NCBI GenBank assembly: GCA_965113315.1
Contig: OZ220365.1
Strand: one strand, 5' to 3'
Source: Podarcis vaucheri
Taxonomy: Eukaryota
Length of the DNA stretch: 64,000 nt
Shown: piece after piece, positions 10,244 through 22,439 of the stretch
How the letters are laid out: each line of letters begins with the position of its first letter
How positions within the stretch are numbered: position 1 is the stretch's first letter
Notes under the pieces: model-generated
Told to the model about the DNA's origin: nothing
The model's input: only the letters and a program-made list of their open reading frames with translations
The model's database searches: none
Translations under genes and position numbers: made by a program

Positions 10244-11005
10244 TCATGAAGCAGCATCAAACTGAATTATTCCATATTTCCCAATGATCATCCATTCAGG
10301 TTCAGTTTTAGTAAGCTGTTCACCTTGCCCAGGTTTCAGCCCAACCTGGATATCACATTTTAGCGTTCTTAAGCTACAGAGAGGGGCAGGGTGAAAATTG
10401 TTCAAGGCTTGATGGAACGGCACTGTGAATTCCCACTTCCGATCAGCTATCAACTTTCTGTAGTTCAAATCACCTTTAAAAATAATTAAATTTGACTTCT
10501 GCAATTCACTGTACAAATCAGGAGCCACTTGAGCCATCCTACAATATTCATGTGGTGAGGTCCAGAACAAGTGATCATGATAAATCCAAGCGCCATTTTT
10601 CAAATAGCCCTCCCAGCAGACACCACACCTAGACATCCCCTTGTGATTAGCTGCCTGCATCTGCTTAATTGTCCAATTCAGGTCACGCCTCGTAGTATCT
10701 GACACATACCATGGGATGCTTTTCCCATGGAAATGAATTTCAGTAGCTAATTTGGAGGATAACAAGAAGTCAGCCAGTATAAGGTCAGCAGTAAGTTCAA
10801 AACCAGCATTATCCAGGATTATATCAAGTCTGGTAGTCTGCTTATTCATGTTCTTTTTGTTTATAATCAGTGACCAAAGCTTTTCCATGTGATCCACCAA
10901 GATAAAAGGTTTTAACTCTTCCACAGACTGTAATGGGTCAGACTTCTGAGAACTATCTGCACCGGCTGACAGTGAAAGGTCACACTTATTTCCCCACAGT
11001 GAAAC
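10244..11005 (-). CDS. ARMT1: ARMT1 copy B exon 5
   Basis: 762 nt, VSLWGNKCDLSLSAG...QFDAAS*. Confidence 0.95.
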   Translation of the reverse strand, partial: VSLWGNKCDLSLSAGADSSQKSDPLQSVEELKPFILVDHMEKLWSLIINKKNMNKQTTRLDIILDNAGFELTADLILADFLLSSKLATEIHFHGKSIPWYVSDTTRRDLNWTIKQMQAANHKGMSRCGVCWEGYLKNGAWIYHDHLFWTSPHEYCRMAQVAPDLYSELQKSNLIIFKGDLNYRKLIADRKWEFTVPFHQALNNFHPAPLCSLRTLKCDIQVGLKPGQGEQLTKTEPEWMIIGKYGIIQFDAAS

Positions 11006-14000
11006 CTAAAAGAAGAAGAAAAAGTACACAATCCCTGTGAGCTGAGTAATGCCTTGTTGCACTATCTATCACATATATTTAGATTCAGATTTAACGGCAT
11101 ACTTAAAAAAGCTGGATTCCCAGTAGTCAGCTGTTTAGCAGAGAAGAGCGTCTCCTTACTTCTGAACAACTAATTGAGGGGATTCAATCTTATTTTAAAA
11201 ATATCAACTACCTTTGTTGGATTAAGCTGGGGAACCATGCACACAACACCCATTTACACAAGCTATTGCCTAGCAAGATAGGGTTAAGGATAGGGATATG
11301 GACACTGAAGCCTCCTTTCAAGTACATATATCCCTTATTTAGAGCAGGATGCTGATTTATTGGGAGAGGGGATAATTTTATTATTTATTCAATTTATATT
11401 CTGCCATTCCCCAACCCAGGGCAGCAAATCATCTTGTGAATTGCGGAGCACAGCTAACTCCCAGGTTTCTAAATTCAAAAGCAAAAACTACATCCATCAT
11501 ACTTTAGTCGCAAGTTTAGGTGATGTTTATTAGTTTTCAACAAATGAGCATCACATCAGTAACTTTGTAAGGACAGGTTCCAATGAGGAATAAGTGACAA
11601 CAGATTATAAGTGAGAGAGAAAAAACAGAAGGAATGTAAATGCTATTTTGTGAAAGATAATCAGGGGAAGCCATGGGTATAGCAGAAAATAAATTTCTGA
11701 GAAATTAACATCTCAAAAACATCTATTTCAGAGCTGTGAAATAATTATGTGCATGAAAAAGAATTATGTGCTCGTTTCTGTGCCCCAATATTAGAAGTGC
11801 AGCCAATGATATAAGAATTTTACTCACCGTTTAAAACAACATTGCAGAGAACAGTATATGAGTTGTTGAAGGATCTTAACTTTCTTAAAATTATTCTGCT
11901 GGCATGGAATAACTTTTCAACATTTCTTATCAGAAATGTGATACATCTCATGTTTTACATTAGGCCATCTTTGAAACAAGAAACTTAAAAATTAGAAAAT
12001 ATGTGCAACATTAAATAAACAGTAAGTATTACTAGTTTTACCTGAAGCAATTTTAAAAATTCCTTTTCCAATAAATTTTCATCTAGTTTCTCCACGTTTT
12101 TCAATATTTCTTGCAGATAAGTACTCATTAGAATTATAGCTTGTTGAGATTCAAAGAAATTGTGTATCTTTTCTTCTTTAAACACATCAAAGTCACTGAT
12201 GAGTGGACTAAACAGGAAAGGTGGAAAACATAAATTAGTTTTTGACCTTAATAAATACTGAAGACCACATCCACATGTTGAGCTCCCTGCCCCGCCAATT
12301 GCTTACCCTGTGACATGGTGCTATGTTGTATACTTCTACACCCCAGCTCAAAGTCATGGGCCTCATTCACAAAATGCTAAGCCAAACCACTGCTTAATAT
12401 ACATAAACAAGTATACTTGTACAAAACTAGGGCACTTCACTCCTTCTTGGGTCCTGCTGTTGCTCCGCTATTGGGAGCTAAGCCATGGTTTGGCTTAGTG
12501 TTACCTGTGAATCTCGGCTTGTGGTTTGTCTCACTCCAAACCTTAGTTATACAGCTCATTGTCTGTCTAGAGAAAAACAAGCTAGGAGCACATTTGCACA
12601 GAACCCTAAGCCAAACCATGTGCTAGCTCTTGGTAGTGTAGCAGCAGCGGGAGGAGTGAACTACCTGTGATTTCCTAACCGCACTAGCACATTTGCTTAT
12701 TTATGTTAAGCCACGTTTTGGCTTAGGGTTATGTGTGAATCAGGACACATAATGTAACATGTAACACTCAGCCAAACCATGGCTTAGCTCCCAATAGTGT
12801 AGCTACAAAGAACAACAGGAAGTTCCATCCTTAGTCAAACAGGTTTCATTTTACTATGTAAATGTTAGAAAGGTGTTTGAGAACAAATACAAAAGTTCTC
12901 AGATTCTCCCTGCCCCTGCTCATCATACTTGTAGCATTCATCATAAATACACCAATCCATCCCACCACTATTCTGTTTCCTTGGCCAAGAGCCGAAAGCA
13001 GGAATGTTTAATCTGCAGTACATATTTACCAAATAAGATACATGCAACAAATATATAAAATCAGAAGCTGCCTTCTGCATTGGTCCAATGTAGTTCAGTA
13101 CTGTCTACACTGACTGGCAGCAGCTCTTCAGGGTTTTCATACAGAACATTCCCATTCCTACATGGAAATGCCAGAGATTGAAACTGGGAGCTTATGCTTG
13201 ATAAGCAGATACTCTATTACTGAGCTGCAGTTGTTCCCTATTACCCAACTCTGACCAGTGGTTTGGATGTGGTACACAAATGCATGAGAAGGAAACAATA
13301 GCTTGAGTTATAAATATACCAGGAATATTTCATATTTTTTTCCTCCCTTATTAACACACATGGCTCCTGTCTAATAAAAATGACAGAAGTACAGAAATCA
13401 AATATCTGAAGTTGTTCAATATAAAATGTTTTTTGTTATTTAAAATAATTAATTCATAAGCAAAGCACACATTTCTTGACATTTTAATGAGCTTATACGA
13501 CCTTTTATAGAGAAATAATTCCAAGCAATAATATATAACAAATAAACATTGTAATTATGAAACACAGAATGGTTTCAAAATTGAAACGAACTTTACATTT
13601 TTTTCTTCCCAAGAAACAAGGTATTCCTTCATCCTTCCAGGAACAGGAGAAAATAATGTTAACAATTTTTTCCTCATCATTTCAATGTCATCTGATAGGA
13701 CTCCACATGCAATCTGTACTCCAGATTTGGGTAACTACTATATCCTGAGGCACTGTATAAGCTGTGAAAGTGGGTTATAAGTTACGTAAATTAATATAAT
13801 TATTATTAACACATTAACTTTACAGTATTTTTCAACTGATTTTTTTATTTTATTTGATGGCTGTTTTTCTATGGATGGGGGTTCAAAAAAAAGTAGCCAA
13901 CAGTTTTCGTTTCATTCAATTAAGCTGTAGGCTAAAGTGAACAAATCACTTTACAGGTCTATCATTAATCAGAAAGCAAAGGAAAAAGAGAATTACAAAG

Positions 14001-17000
14001 ACTTCAAAATTTGTAGCAAGAAGTGACACTAAAATTCCAACTTGTAGTTATACTATACCTACTAAATTAGGTTTTGAGGTGGATTAGAAAATATTAAAAA
14101 TGCATGAAATAGACAAGAGTCACTAGGAAGGAACAAAGTTCACCTTCCCCAGTCTTCAGATGTTCCACTGGCACTCTGCTGTTGATCTGTGTACCGCATA
14201 GCAGGTTTCAGAGGAAATAACCGAAGCCCAGAAATGGCTGTTGGAGTCCTTCACAGGATGGTGTCTATTTACCCAAACTGCTGCTATGTTGCTCTGGCTC
14301 TTGGTGCCAGATGCAAGAGGCAACTATCACTCTGTTGCTGACTAGAAGTCAGGAGAAGGAATAAAAAAAGGAAAACAGCTGGCACTTAAGATTGAGTTAT
14401 TTTCTCTGTTTTACCTTAAGCTTGAACTTTATTACCCAGTTCCCCATCCCACAGACAGAAACGATACAACAGCAAACAACACACATGCTTACTTTTGAGC
14501 GAGTGCCTCATGAATTCTACGATACATATAACACTCTGTATATAGCCAAGGAGACTGAAACCAGCTTGGTGGTTCATCTGATAAACTTTGATGATATTCT
14601 AAGCACTGGTTCCAGAGAGTGCTGTCAGGGAGGTTATCAGTCAAGGCAATCAGTGGTTTGTCTGTCTGCAGCTCATTCCGTAACCTGGAGAGATAGGCTA
14701 TAGCTTTCTTCTCAGATTCAATACCTTTCTAAAATTAAGAGAAAATGAAGAGATAAACAAATGTTTTCAATCTGAATGTGTTTTGTTCATAAAGTTATGT
14801 TCTTCAATAAATTGTAGAGTTGCAATAACTTGACTGAATTCCAATCAAAAGCGAAAGTCCAGAACCCAAGTGTCAAACATGATAACCAAATGCTTTAGTC
14901 CATAGGTAGGCAACTTGTAGCCTCAGGGTGACTGAGACGTTACAGGTTTATAAAATTATACATGGCATGGGAAAAGTGGACAGAGAATTCTAGAACTTGG
15001 GGTTATCTGTTTAAACAGATGGCAGCAGATTCAGGACAGAAAAGTACTTGGTCACACAAGGAATAATTTATGTAATTCACTGCCAAGAGATGTGATGAGG
15101 GCCACTAGCTGAAAAGGCTTAAATGGAAAATTGAGACAAATACATGGGCCACTAAGGATACTGGCTTTTTAGTTTGTGCTAGCAAGGCTCTTTGTATGTT
15201 CTTATGGAAGCAGAAAAATATTTCCTTAAGCATGCAGAAATAATTACACAAAGTTTGATTTGCTTAAGGTTTTTAAGAGAACAGCATTGAAAGAGAAAGA
15301 ATAAAAGGCAGCAATTTCTTACTTCTCCATGTTCTTCAAAGAATTCATTTCTGTGTCGATGCAGAGTATCAATAACTTTAGTCAGGATTAGAGGCAGCCT
15401 ATCTTTAATTGTATTGTATGCGAAGGATCTATGAAGAACAAAACAATATTGTTTTAGGCTTGTAAATAGCCACTTACATCACCATCAGAATCACCATCAG
15501 GCAACTTTATTAAAGTTAATTTCTACACAGAAGGAGTAAACTGCTGTGTTCAGATATCATGGTAACCCATAATTATGTTGGCTCACAAAGTGAGTCTCAC
15601 CTCCTCCCAAGCTTGCATACTCCTTCCCTCCCTGTTGTAGATAAGACAAGCTTGGAAAGTTTTACTTCCATTTTCAATAAACCAATGCTCATCTTCTTGC
15701 TTGAACTTGACGAACTGGTTAAACTTTGTTTGAAACATGACATATTTAAGATTAACCACAATTTACGGTTGTAAAAAACTGAAATTAAAAGTGAAAGCTT
15801 CCCATCACCGCCTTGTGGCTCTGGAGGAGAAAGAGCAGAGGGAAGGAGCCCAGGTCTATTATTCTTATACACAATAAATTATGGTTTATCATTATGTCTA
15901 AACACAGCCTTTTTCTAAACCTCTCATACCCCTCCACACCACATCTCAATGCAAACACAGTATTTATCACACTGAAACATTGAAGCCATTAAGATTTTGC
16001 CCAACTGATATGCAGTCCTAAGCAATACACTGATTCCATATATGAAAATTAAGCAGAAATATTACTTCCAAGTGTCCAGACTTGCAGGGGGGAAGTTTTG
16101 TGGTCTTAATCTCACACAGTTTACCATGGAAAATAAAGGATGGATTATTGCAGTTACACTTCATCTTCATATGTTCACAGCAACTTCCTTAAACAATGTC
16201 CCAGACCAATAAGAACTTGGTCAAATAAGCTAAATATTCTAATTCATATCTAAAGGATGGTATTTATGACTCTGGGTAACACTTTTAATAATCCTTATCT
16301 TAAAACCAAAATGTCAGTCTTCAGACATTCATTTAATTTGTTGGAAGCCGCCTAGAGTAGCTGGGGTTACCCAGTCAGATGGGCACCATATTATTATTAT
16401 TATTTCTTTACTATTAACAAATAAACAACTTAGTTCTCTTCAAAAAAAGAGGAGGGGGAGACAATGCCTTGTTTCTGATGTCAGTACATCTGAATTATTG
16501 TCTAGAATAGTAAGAAAATGTATGATTTGTTAATCAATGGCAATTCAAGTATTATTGCTGGGTTTCACAGTAGATAAACATATTTTCAAAACTGGTTTTC
16601 ATAGAATTGTACAGTTGGAAGGGACCACAAGGATCATCTTGACACCCCCCTCCAAGCCCTTGCACTGCCTTCCCAAATCAAAGTAAGGAGGCGCTTAGCT
16701 TTGGGAAGGAGGCATGAGGGCTCTGACAGGGTCCTAGAGCTCTCACGCCTCATTCCCAAAGCCTAGTTAGCACTTCCAAGCTTTGAGGAGGCAGCAGGGC
16801 TCTAGGACCCTGCCAGAAGGTTATGGTGTGTGTCAAATTTTGGCCTCACTAACCCCCCCCCAGCGCCCCACCTCCCATGACAAGCAGCATGCAGCCCATA
16901 GGTTCTGTGTCAAATAAAACTGCATGGTTAAAATAAAATGTAATACGCGAGAATACAAATATATTGATTAAATAGTCCTCTGTCAAAGACATTGCTCAAA

Positions 17001-17689
17001 TCATGATTTGGACATCTCAAACTTAGCTTCACATGCGCTCTGTTCCTCTGACTTAACTTCCTGGTTTTGCCTCAAGCCTGAATGGGAAACTCACTTCTAA
17101 TTCCGGCTCAGAAACATGTATGGTTTATGCTTTGTTGCGACGTAATAGAAAACTTGGTTTTGCAAACCACCGAGTGATTTGCAGGAGGAGCAGGGAAGAC
17201 GTGAATACTTGCAGCACGAGGGTTGGAGCGGACCCAACCACCCACTGACAGCCGAAAAAGGCCACTGTGTTCCTGGCTTCTATTGCGAAACCTCCCTTTC
17301 CCAAACAGAAGCGGTTCAAAGTGCGGGGAACAGACACCCTTCTGAGACCGCAAATGCCACACTCGCAAATAATTCGCGGAGGCAGCTCCGAATCTGGAAG
17401 CCGGCTTTCCGTGCAAAGCGAACTGGAGCTCGGAGGAAGAGCAGAAATGGAAAACAGCGGCTCACTGGAGTGCCGCGTTTTCAGCCGCCCCGGCTCCCCG
17501 AGCGAGGAGGGGAAGAGACCCGGACCCTTGTCCCCTGGTACTCTACAGCTCCAGCCTCCCCGCGAATGGCCGACGGTTCACCCCTCGCCCACCCGTTTCT
17601 CAGAGCCCCCGACGAAGCGGCGGAGACGGGACGCACCCCTTGAACTTGCCCGCGAGCTGAGGCGGCAGCGTTGCCGTCGGCGCCGCCAT
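10244..17689 (-). CDS. ARMT1: ARMT1/DCPH1, proximal tandem copy B (head-to-head with RMND1, probably the ancestral position); 5 exons, 440 aa
   Basis: join(17637-17689,15323-15428,14493-14728,12042-12207,10244-11005) = 1323 nt. Exons 2-5 have the same sizes and phases as copy A. An in-frame upstream ATG at 17698 would add MSK. Confidence 0.95.
12042..12207 (-). CDS. ARMT1: ARMT1 copy B exon 4
   Basis: 166 nt, (N)PLISDFDVFKEEK...KEFLKLLQ. Confidence 0.92.
12355..12810. repeat. Cluster of inverted MITE-like units (aagccaaaccatg / catggtttggctt), possibly Harbinger-like
   Basis: Motif repeated in alternating orientation; 12468-12509 is the near-perfect reverse complement of about 12757-12797. 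Confidence 0.6.
13062..13238 (-). mobile_element. Old tRNA-derived SINE with a CR1-like tail
   Basis: Reverse complement reads gggaacaactgcagctcagtaatagag...ccagtttcaatctctggcatttcc (A/B-box-like head). Confidence 0.55.
14493..14728 (-). CDS. ARMT1: ARMT1 copy B exon 3
   Basis: 236 nt, KGIESEKKAIAYLSRLRNELQTDKP...ECYMYRRIHEALAQ. Confidence 0.93.
14935..15205 (+). mobile_element. Degraded CR1 LINE 3' end in ARMT1-B intron 2
   Basis: gcagcagattcaggacaga...cacacaa...cactgccaagagatgtgatga...ctagcaaggctctt. Confidence 0.6.
15323..15428 (-). CDS. ARMT1: ARMT1 copy B exon 2
   Basis: 106 nt, SFAYNTIKDRLPLILTKVIDTLHRHRNEFFEEHGE. Confidence 0.93.
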
Positions 17690-18350
17690 TTTGCTCATCG
17701 TAGCGCCGCCCGGCGCAGCTGCGCGCTTTCCCAAGCAACGCCTGATCCCATTGGTCGGCGGCTGAGCTCCCTCGCTCAACGGGCTTAGGGAGGAGGGGCG
17801 CTGAAGCAAACCAGCCCCTTCGGTAAAGGAGGGCGGGCGGAGGGATACATAGCCAAACGAAACGCGAGGCCTTGCGGGTAATCGCCTCCTCAGGGGGAGG
17901 CGGCGACCTTCATCGGCGCTCTTGGGCGGGGAATATGACGTCGCGCGTCAACCGCACAGACGGAGGGGGCGGGGCTGACTCTGTGGCTCCGCCGGCCCTC
18001 CGTGGAGAGAGCGGGTCCTCCTCCCACCTTGTGCTTCGGCGCCAGGTTGGTAAAAGGCTCCTGCGCGTGGAACTGGGTCTCCCTCTGATTGGATGGTGTT
18101 TGGGGCGCGCGCATGGGGCAGAGTGCGAGCGGAGGGGGGGGGTCATTCCTCCCGCACCCGCTTAAAACGCCCTAATCGGATACTGTGATGGCCACCTGCG
18201 GCGCTCGCAATATGGTTCCCAGCGGAGTCCTTCCCCGCAACCTTCCGGTCTTGTTAGTGGGAGGAATGGAGGCGCTCTGGCATGAATGCGGGAAGCGGTG
18301 TGGGTTTCACCCTTAATTTCACCTGTCACCTGGGCGCTGTAAGGGAGGGT
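17200..18350. promoter_or_regulatory. Bidirectional CpG-island promoter for ARMT1 copy B and RMND1
   Basis: CpG-dense with head-to-head genes; CCAAT boxes (near 17751 and 18088), CRE-like TGACGTCG 17936-17943, GC boxes; candidate RMND1 exon-1 donor cag|gttggt at 18046. Confidence 0.8.
17637..17689 (-). CDS. ARMT1: ARMT1 copy B exon 1 (coding part)
   Basis: MAAPTATLPPQLAGKFK(G), donor GG|gtgcgt. Confidence 0.85.
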
Positions 18351-19540
18351 TTCAGGGCAAGGCTGGGAAGATACTGAGGCCCTACGGCTCCCATGATTCC
18401 TGGGCATTTCCCATGTTTCCTGTAGTTCCTGGGGGCCCCGGAGTCCAGCTTTTTCTGATCCAAATAATACTAATATGATTGGTGCAGGAATGGCCTGGCC
18501 TGAGGGAGAAAATTCTGCAGTGAAGGAAAGATTGGACCTGTGTTGAGATATCCGGCAGTTGTAGGGGGAACGATCATGTGAGTGACAGTCAAATGCAAGA
18601 TAGACCATTAAGGCAGCACTTCTCAAGCTCTTGGAACTGGGTTCTACCGTAATTCCATTCCACCCAGCTCAGCGCTGACAATCTTTATGCAGGCAAGTGC
18701 CTAGTTCTTTCACAAAGCTGTGTTTATGTGGCCTGAAGCTAGGTAATATGGCAGTAGCTCCTCCATCTGTACATTGAGCAGAGCCAAGTACATTGAGCAG
18801 TGCCAAGTCTCACCTGCAGGGATGAGAAGTGGAAAGTGTCATATGAGCTTCTGTCACTATAACTTCATCTCCTCACACCTCACAGCAAAGTTGTGCCATC
18901 TACATGAAGGCAGAGGTGACTGAAATGCCAAACCTTCACTAGTGGACCCCAGCTACTGTAGGGCCATTCCCAAATAATTTTCCTTTAGGTGCCCTATGCC
19001 ACACCACAATCTAAGAACCTAGGGTCTAAGGAATACATTTTGACCTTATTCAGTCAGAGTACCATGCTATTCAATGTGTTTCAGTGTATGATGTGTCTAA
19101 TTTATTAGCCTATCCTGCCCCCCAGTTGGTGAAACTGAACACTCACTGTCTTAGTCATTGGCTGACTCACAGATTCTGTTGAGTATAGACTGCACTATTT
19201 ACCTTTGGCTGGTTAAAGTTATGCTAAAAGGAAGAAAGATGCATCTCCCTGTTTGCCGTTAACCAAATTTTAATATGTTTGCGAACAGATATTTTGATGA
19301 GAATATTTTGATCTGACCCCGTGTTTGGCCATTATGTTGCTGTGGTGGGTAAAGTAAATGTATTGCTGCAGTCTTCCTTGCTTGCTTCATTTGAAGCTGA
19401 GCCTATGAATGCAGAACGAGCCCTATTATTGATGTGATTGACTTGCTGTAGTGCAGAACTGTTTTTATAAAATGATAAATATTGCTCCTTGTCAGAAAGT
19501 TGATGCACTATAACTCTCTCATTCAGGACACAGTGAAAAG

Positions 19541-20038
19541 ATGGCAACTAAACTACTGAGATTCCTGGCTAGATCTTCACACAAAACAAGCCACTGCCAA
19601 CACTTGCATAAATATGGGCTTTCAGCATCAAGCAACAATCTTCAAGGGGTGTCAAGCAATTCTTTATTAGCATGTAGATCCATCAGTATGTGCATTCCAG
19701 AGGCAACAACTTCTTGCTTAAGCAGGCTTTGTGTGCAAGCCAAGGAATGGCAGAGACCACAAGCTAACGTTCCTATTGCAGCAAAGACTGTGAATTATTT
19801 GAGTATGCATGTTTGTCCACCACACAGGGAACAATTTTGTGCTCTTAAAAACACAAGTTTCAAGCACAATGCAAAGTGTATGAGAAAATTTACAGATATA
19901 CCAAATAGACATTATTCAGTGTTATCAAGTAGTAAAATTATGCCAGATCAACATATTTTGCCAGCTAAAAGGCTACCAAAAGCATCGAGGACCAAGCAGC
20001 CATCTAGAGCTAATCTGCCACTACCGTCTGAAACTGAG
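19541..20038 (+). CDS. RMND1: RMND1 first coding exon (acceptor at 19527; basic presequence-like N terminus)
   Basis: ttcag|gacacagtgaaaagATG; ends ...PSETE|gtaagg. Confidence 0.9.
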
Positions 20039-22397
20039 GTAAGGTATTAAAACTTTGAAGTGTAGTACTAATAACACTGAAGGGTTATGAAGACCAGAAT
20101 AATGTTTCATAACAAGTATTATGCAGGAATGAGAAAACTCCTGTCTTCCTAACAGTACAGGGTGGGACAGCCCATGAAAGCATGAACTCTTTCTTGACCC
20201 AATTCCTCAACTTTGGCTGTGTCGATGACTGCAGACCAAGGAAGAGCGTTCATGCACAAATATGAGGTTTCGTTTTCTTTTTACTAAAGTCCCTATGGCT
20301 CTTGTCATGTTACTTCTATTTTCATTCCTGCCTTAGTGGTGGCATTTGAGTGCTGTTGAAGATATGTTGCATCAGTTTTGGTGTGAGGGGGCTTGCTAGG
20401 CACAGTTTAAGACCCTCTGTGAATTAAAAATAATATTCACTTAAAATGCATGATAAAAACCCTAGATAGAACAAAAATGAACCTGCTTAAATTGTGAAAA
20501 GAAAACCAGTATTTGAATAGATGTGGCATTTAAATATACTCAGCAAGCAACTGCTTCAGGGATAGGGAACTGAATCTGGATGGTGATTTGGATTCCTAAT
20601 TCCCTCAATCCCTGCAGGCCGTCTTGGACAGGTGGGAAGGAGCACCCACTCATAATGACATCAGGGGATTGGTACCTGTTAAATCTGAAAGGAGGTAGCT
20701 GTATCTGCCAATCAACTGATTGGTGGATTTGGCAACCTCCTTTGAAGATGTACTTTCAGCACCAAGCAGCTGATTGTTCCTTGGAGCGTGTCTTCAAAGA
20801 GGCTTGCTGTAAATACTGATTGGCTGACTGGCAGCTACAGAGAGCCCCTCTGAAATCTATGGGTAAAGTGGGCTTGCTGCTCTCTAGAAATAAAGAGCAG
20901 GCAGAAGGCTCTTCTAACATCAGAAATACCCCCTGCCTGCTCTTTAAGAGTAGAAGGCAGCATTTCTACCTACCTTCATTCCAGCGCTGAAGTGGGGTGG
21001 AGATAAATACAGCTGCTTACTCTGCAAAGTAAAAGGCAGTGTTTTCAGCCACCTGGAGTGGACAGACATGGAAATGTTGGTTATGTGACTGCACCTGTGT
21101 GTGCATGTGTTTATATGTGAGAGTGTATGAATGCATATATTTCAGAGAGACAAGAGACCATCATGTCTAGTGAGAGTATATATGTGTGTTGTGTATGTGT
21201 GGTGAGGGGTGTGTATAGAGTGTGTGTATACAAATGTGAATATGTCATCTATGCACGCCACTGGCATATAACCCTTAGAGGGGTGGTTGACCGTCAATGC
21301 AGCCCTTGGGCCAAAGCAGTTTAGCCACTGCTGCACTGTAGAGCACAGCTCTGAAAACCCTAGCTGGCTCACAGATGGTATCAATATAGACTAACAGTAA
21401 ACTATGGCTACTTTTCCAGTCTCAGTCTAAACCAGGGGTCAGCAACCTAAGGCCCATAGGCCGGAAGCAGCATTTGACTGGCCCACGAGCCGCCCCCAAA
21501 CCGAGCTGCCTGCTCACACACTGCGCTAAACTGGTGCAGCATGGCACGGGGACTTGCTTCTGCAGCGCCGAAAATCGCGTCTGTGCAGACGCAGAGGCCA
21601 AAAATCGCACGCACGCGATCCGGCTCATGGAGGGATCACCGTGCGACCGAACAGGCCAGGCAAGATAAACCTTACTGACCCCTGGTCTAAACCATTCCTT
21701 TTTTAAACATCTGCAGTGAACCACATTGTGAAGTAGGCATGAGAATTGTAGCTGGAATTGATACCTGACAGTATTTTTTACTAGTCAGCTGAAATGTGCA
21801 AAAAGTGACTCTGAGCACAGGCAAGAATGCTTTTATTTTCCCACCAAACCTCTCCTGCCTCAAAGAAAGAGAAGGGCTTTCATCAGACAGAAGGCTTCCT
21901 CCCAGGCTGGAGTCACTGTACTTTCCTATTTAGAAGCTACACTACCTGCCCCCACCTCCCTTGCAAGTATCCTCAATACAGGAACTGAAAAATACAGACA
22001 CCCCATCCAGAAATAAAAGAAAACCACCATTCTTTCCAAATCAAGCATCTTTTTATAAAAATGTTTCCCCCAGAGCTTGCCAACTTTTTCTTTGGCCCTA
22101 GGCAGTACTTTTTTTCATAATAAATGTTTAGGGCTACTCTCATTTTGACTCAAGAAAATCACCATTTTATAGTTCAAAATAAATACAGTAAATGGACAAA
22201 AGTACAAAGATTTACAAAATGCGTAGGGGTATGCGTACCCCCAGGGAAAAAAGCACTGGTCTTAGGTAGGTTCTTTTTTTGCTCCCTCCACCAAAGAGCA
22301 TCGTTTTTTTCATAATTGTTATATATGGTGAAATTTCTGTGTAACTCGTGATGCATTCTCCCAAGTGCTGCTCCTGGTCAAGTTACATTGCGACAAG

Positions 22398-22439
<42 letters not shown>

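Noticed and set aside
16680-16820. Hairpin here and the similar one at about 41820-41990 as a structured ncRNA or pre-miRNA
   Set aside because: The two loci share sequence and look like internal palindromes of one dispersed MITE family.
992-17689. ARMT1 duplication as an uncollapsed-haplotype assembly artefact
   Set aside because: Exon 4 is about 25% divergent, introns barely align and TE content differs, far beyond allelic variation. Only the exon-5 identity needs read-level confirmation.
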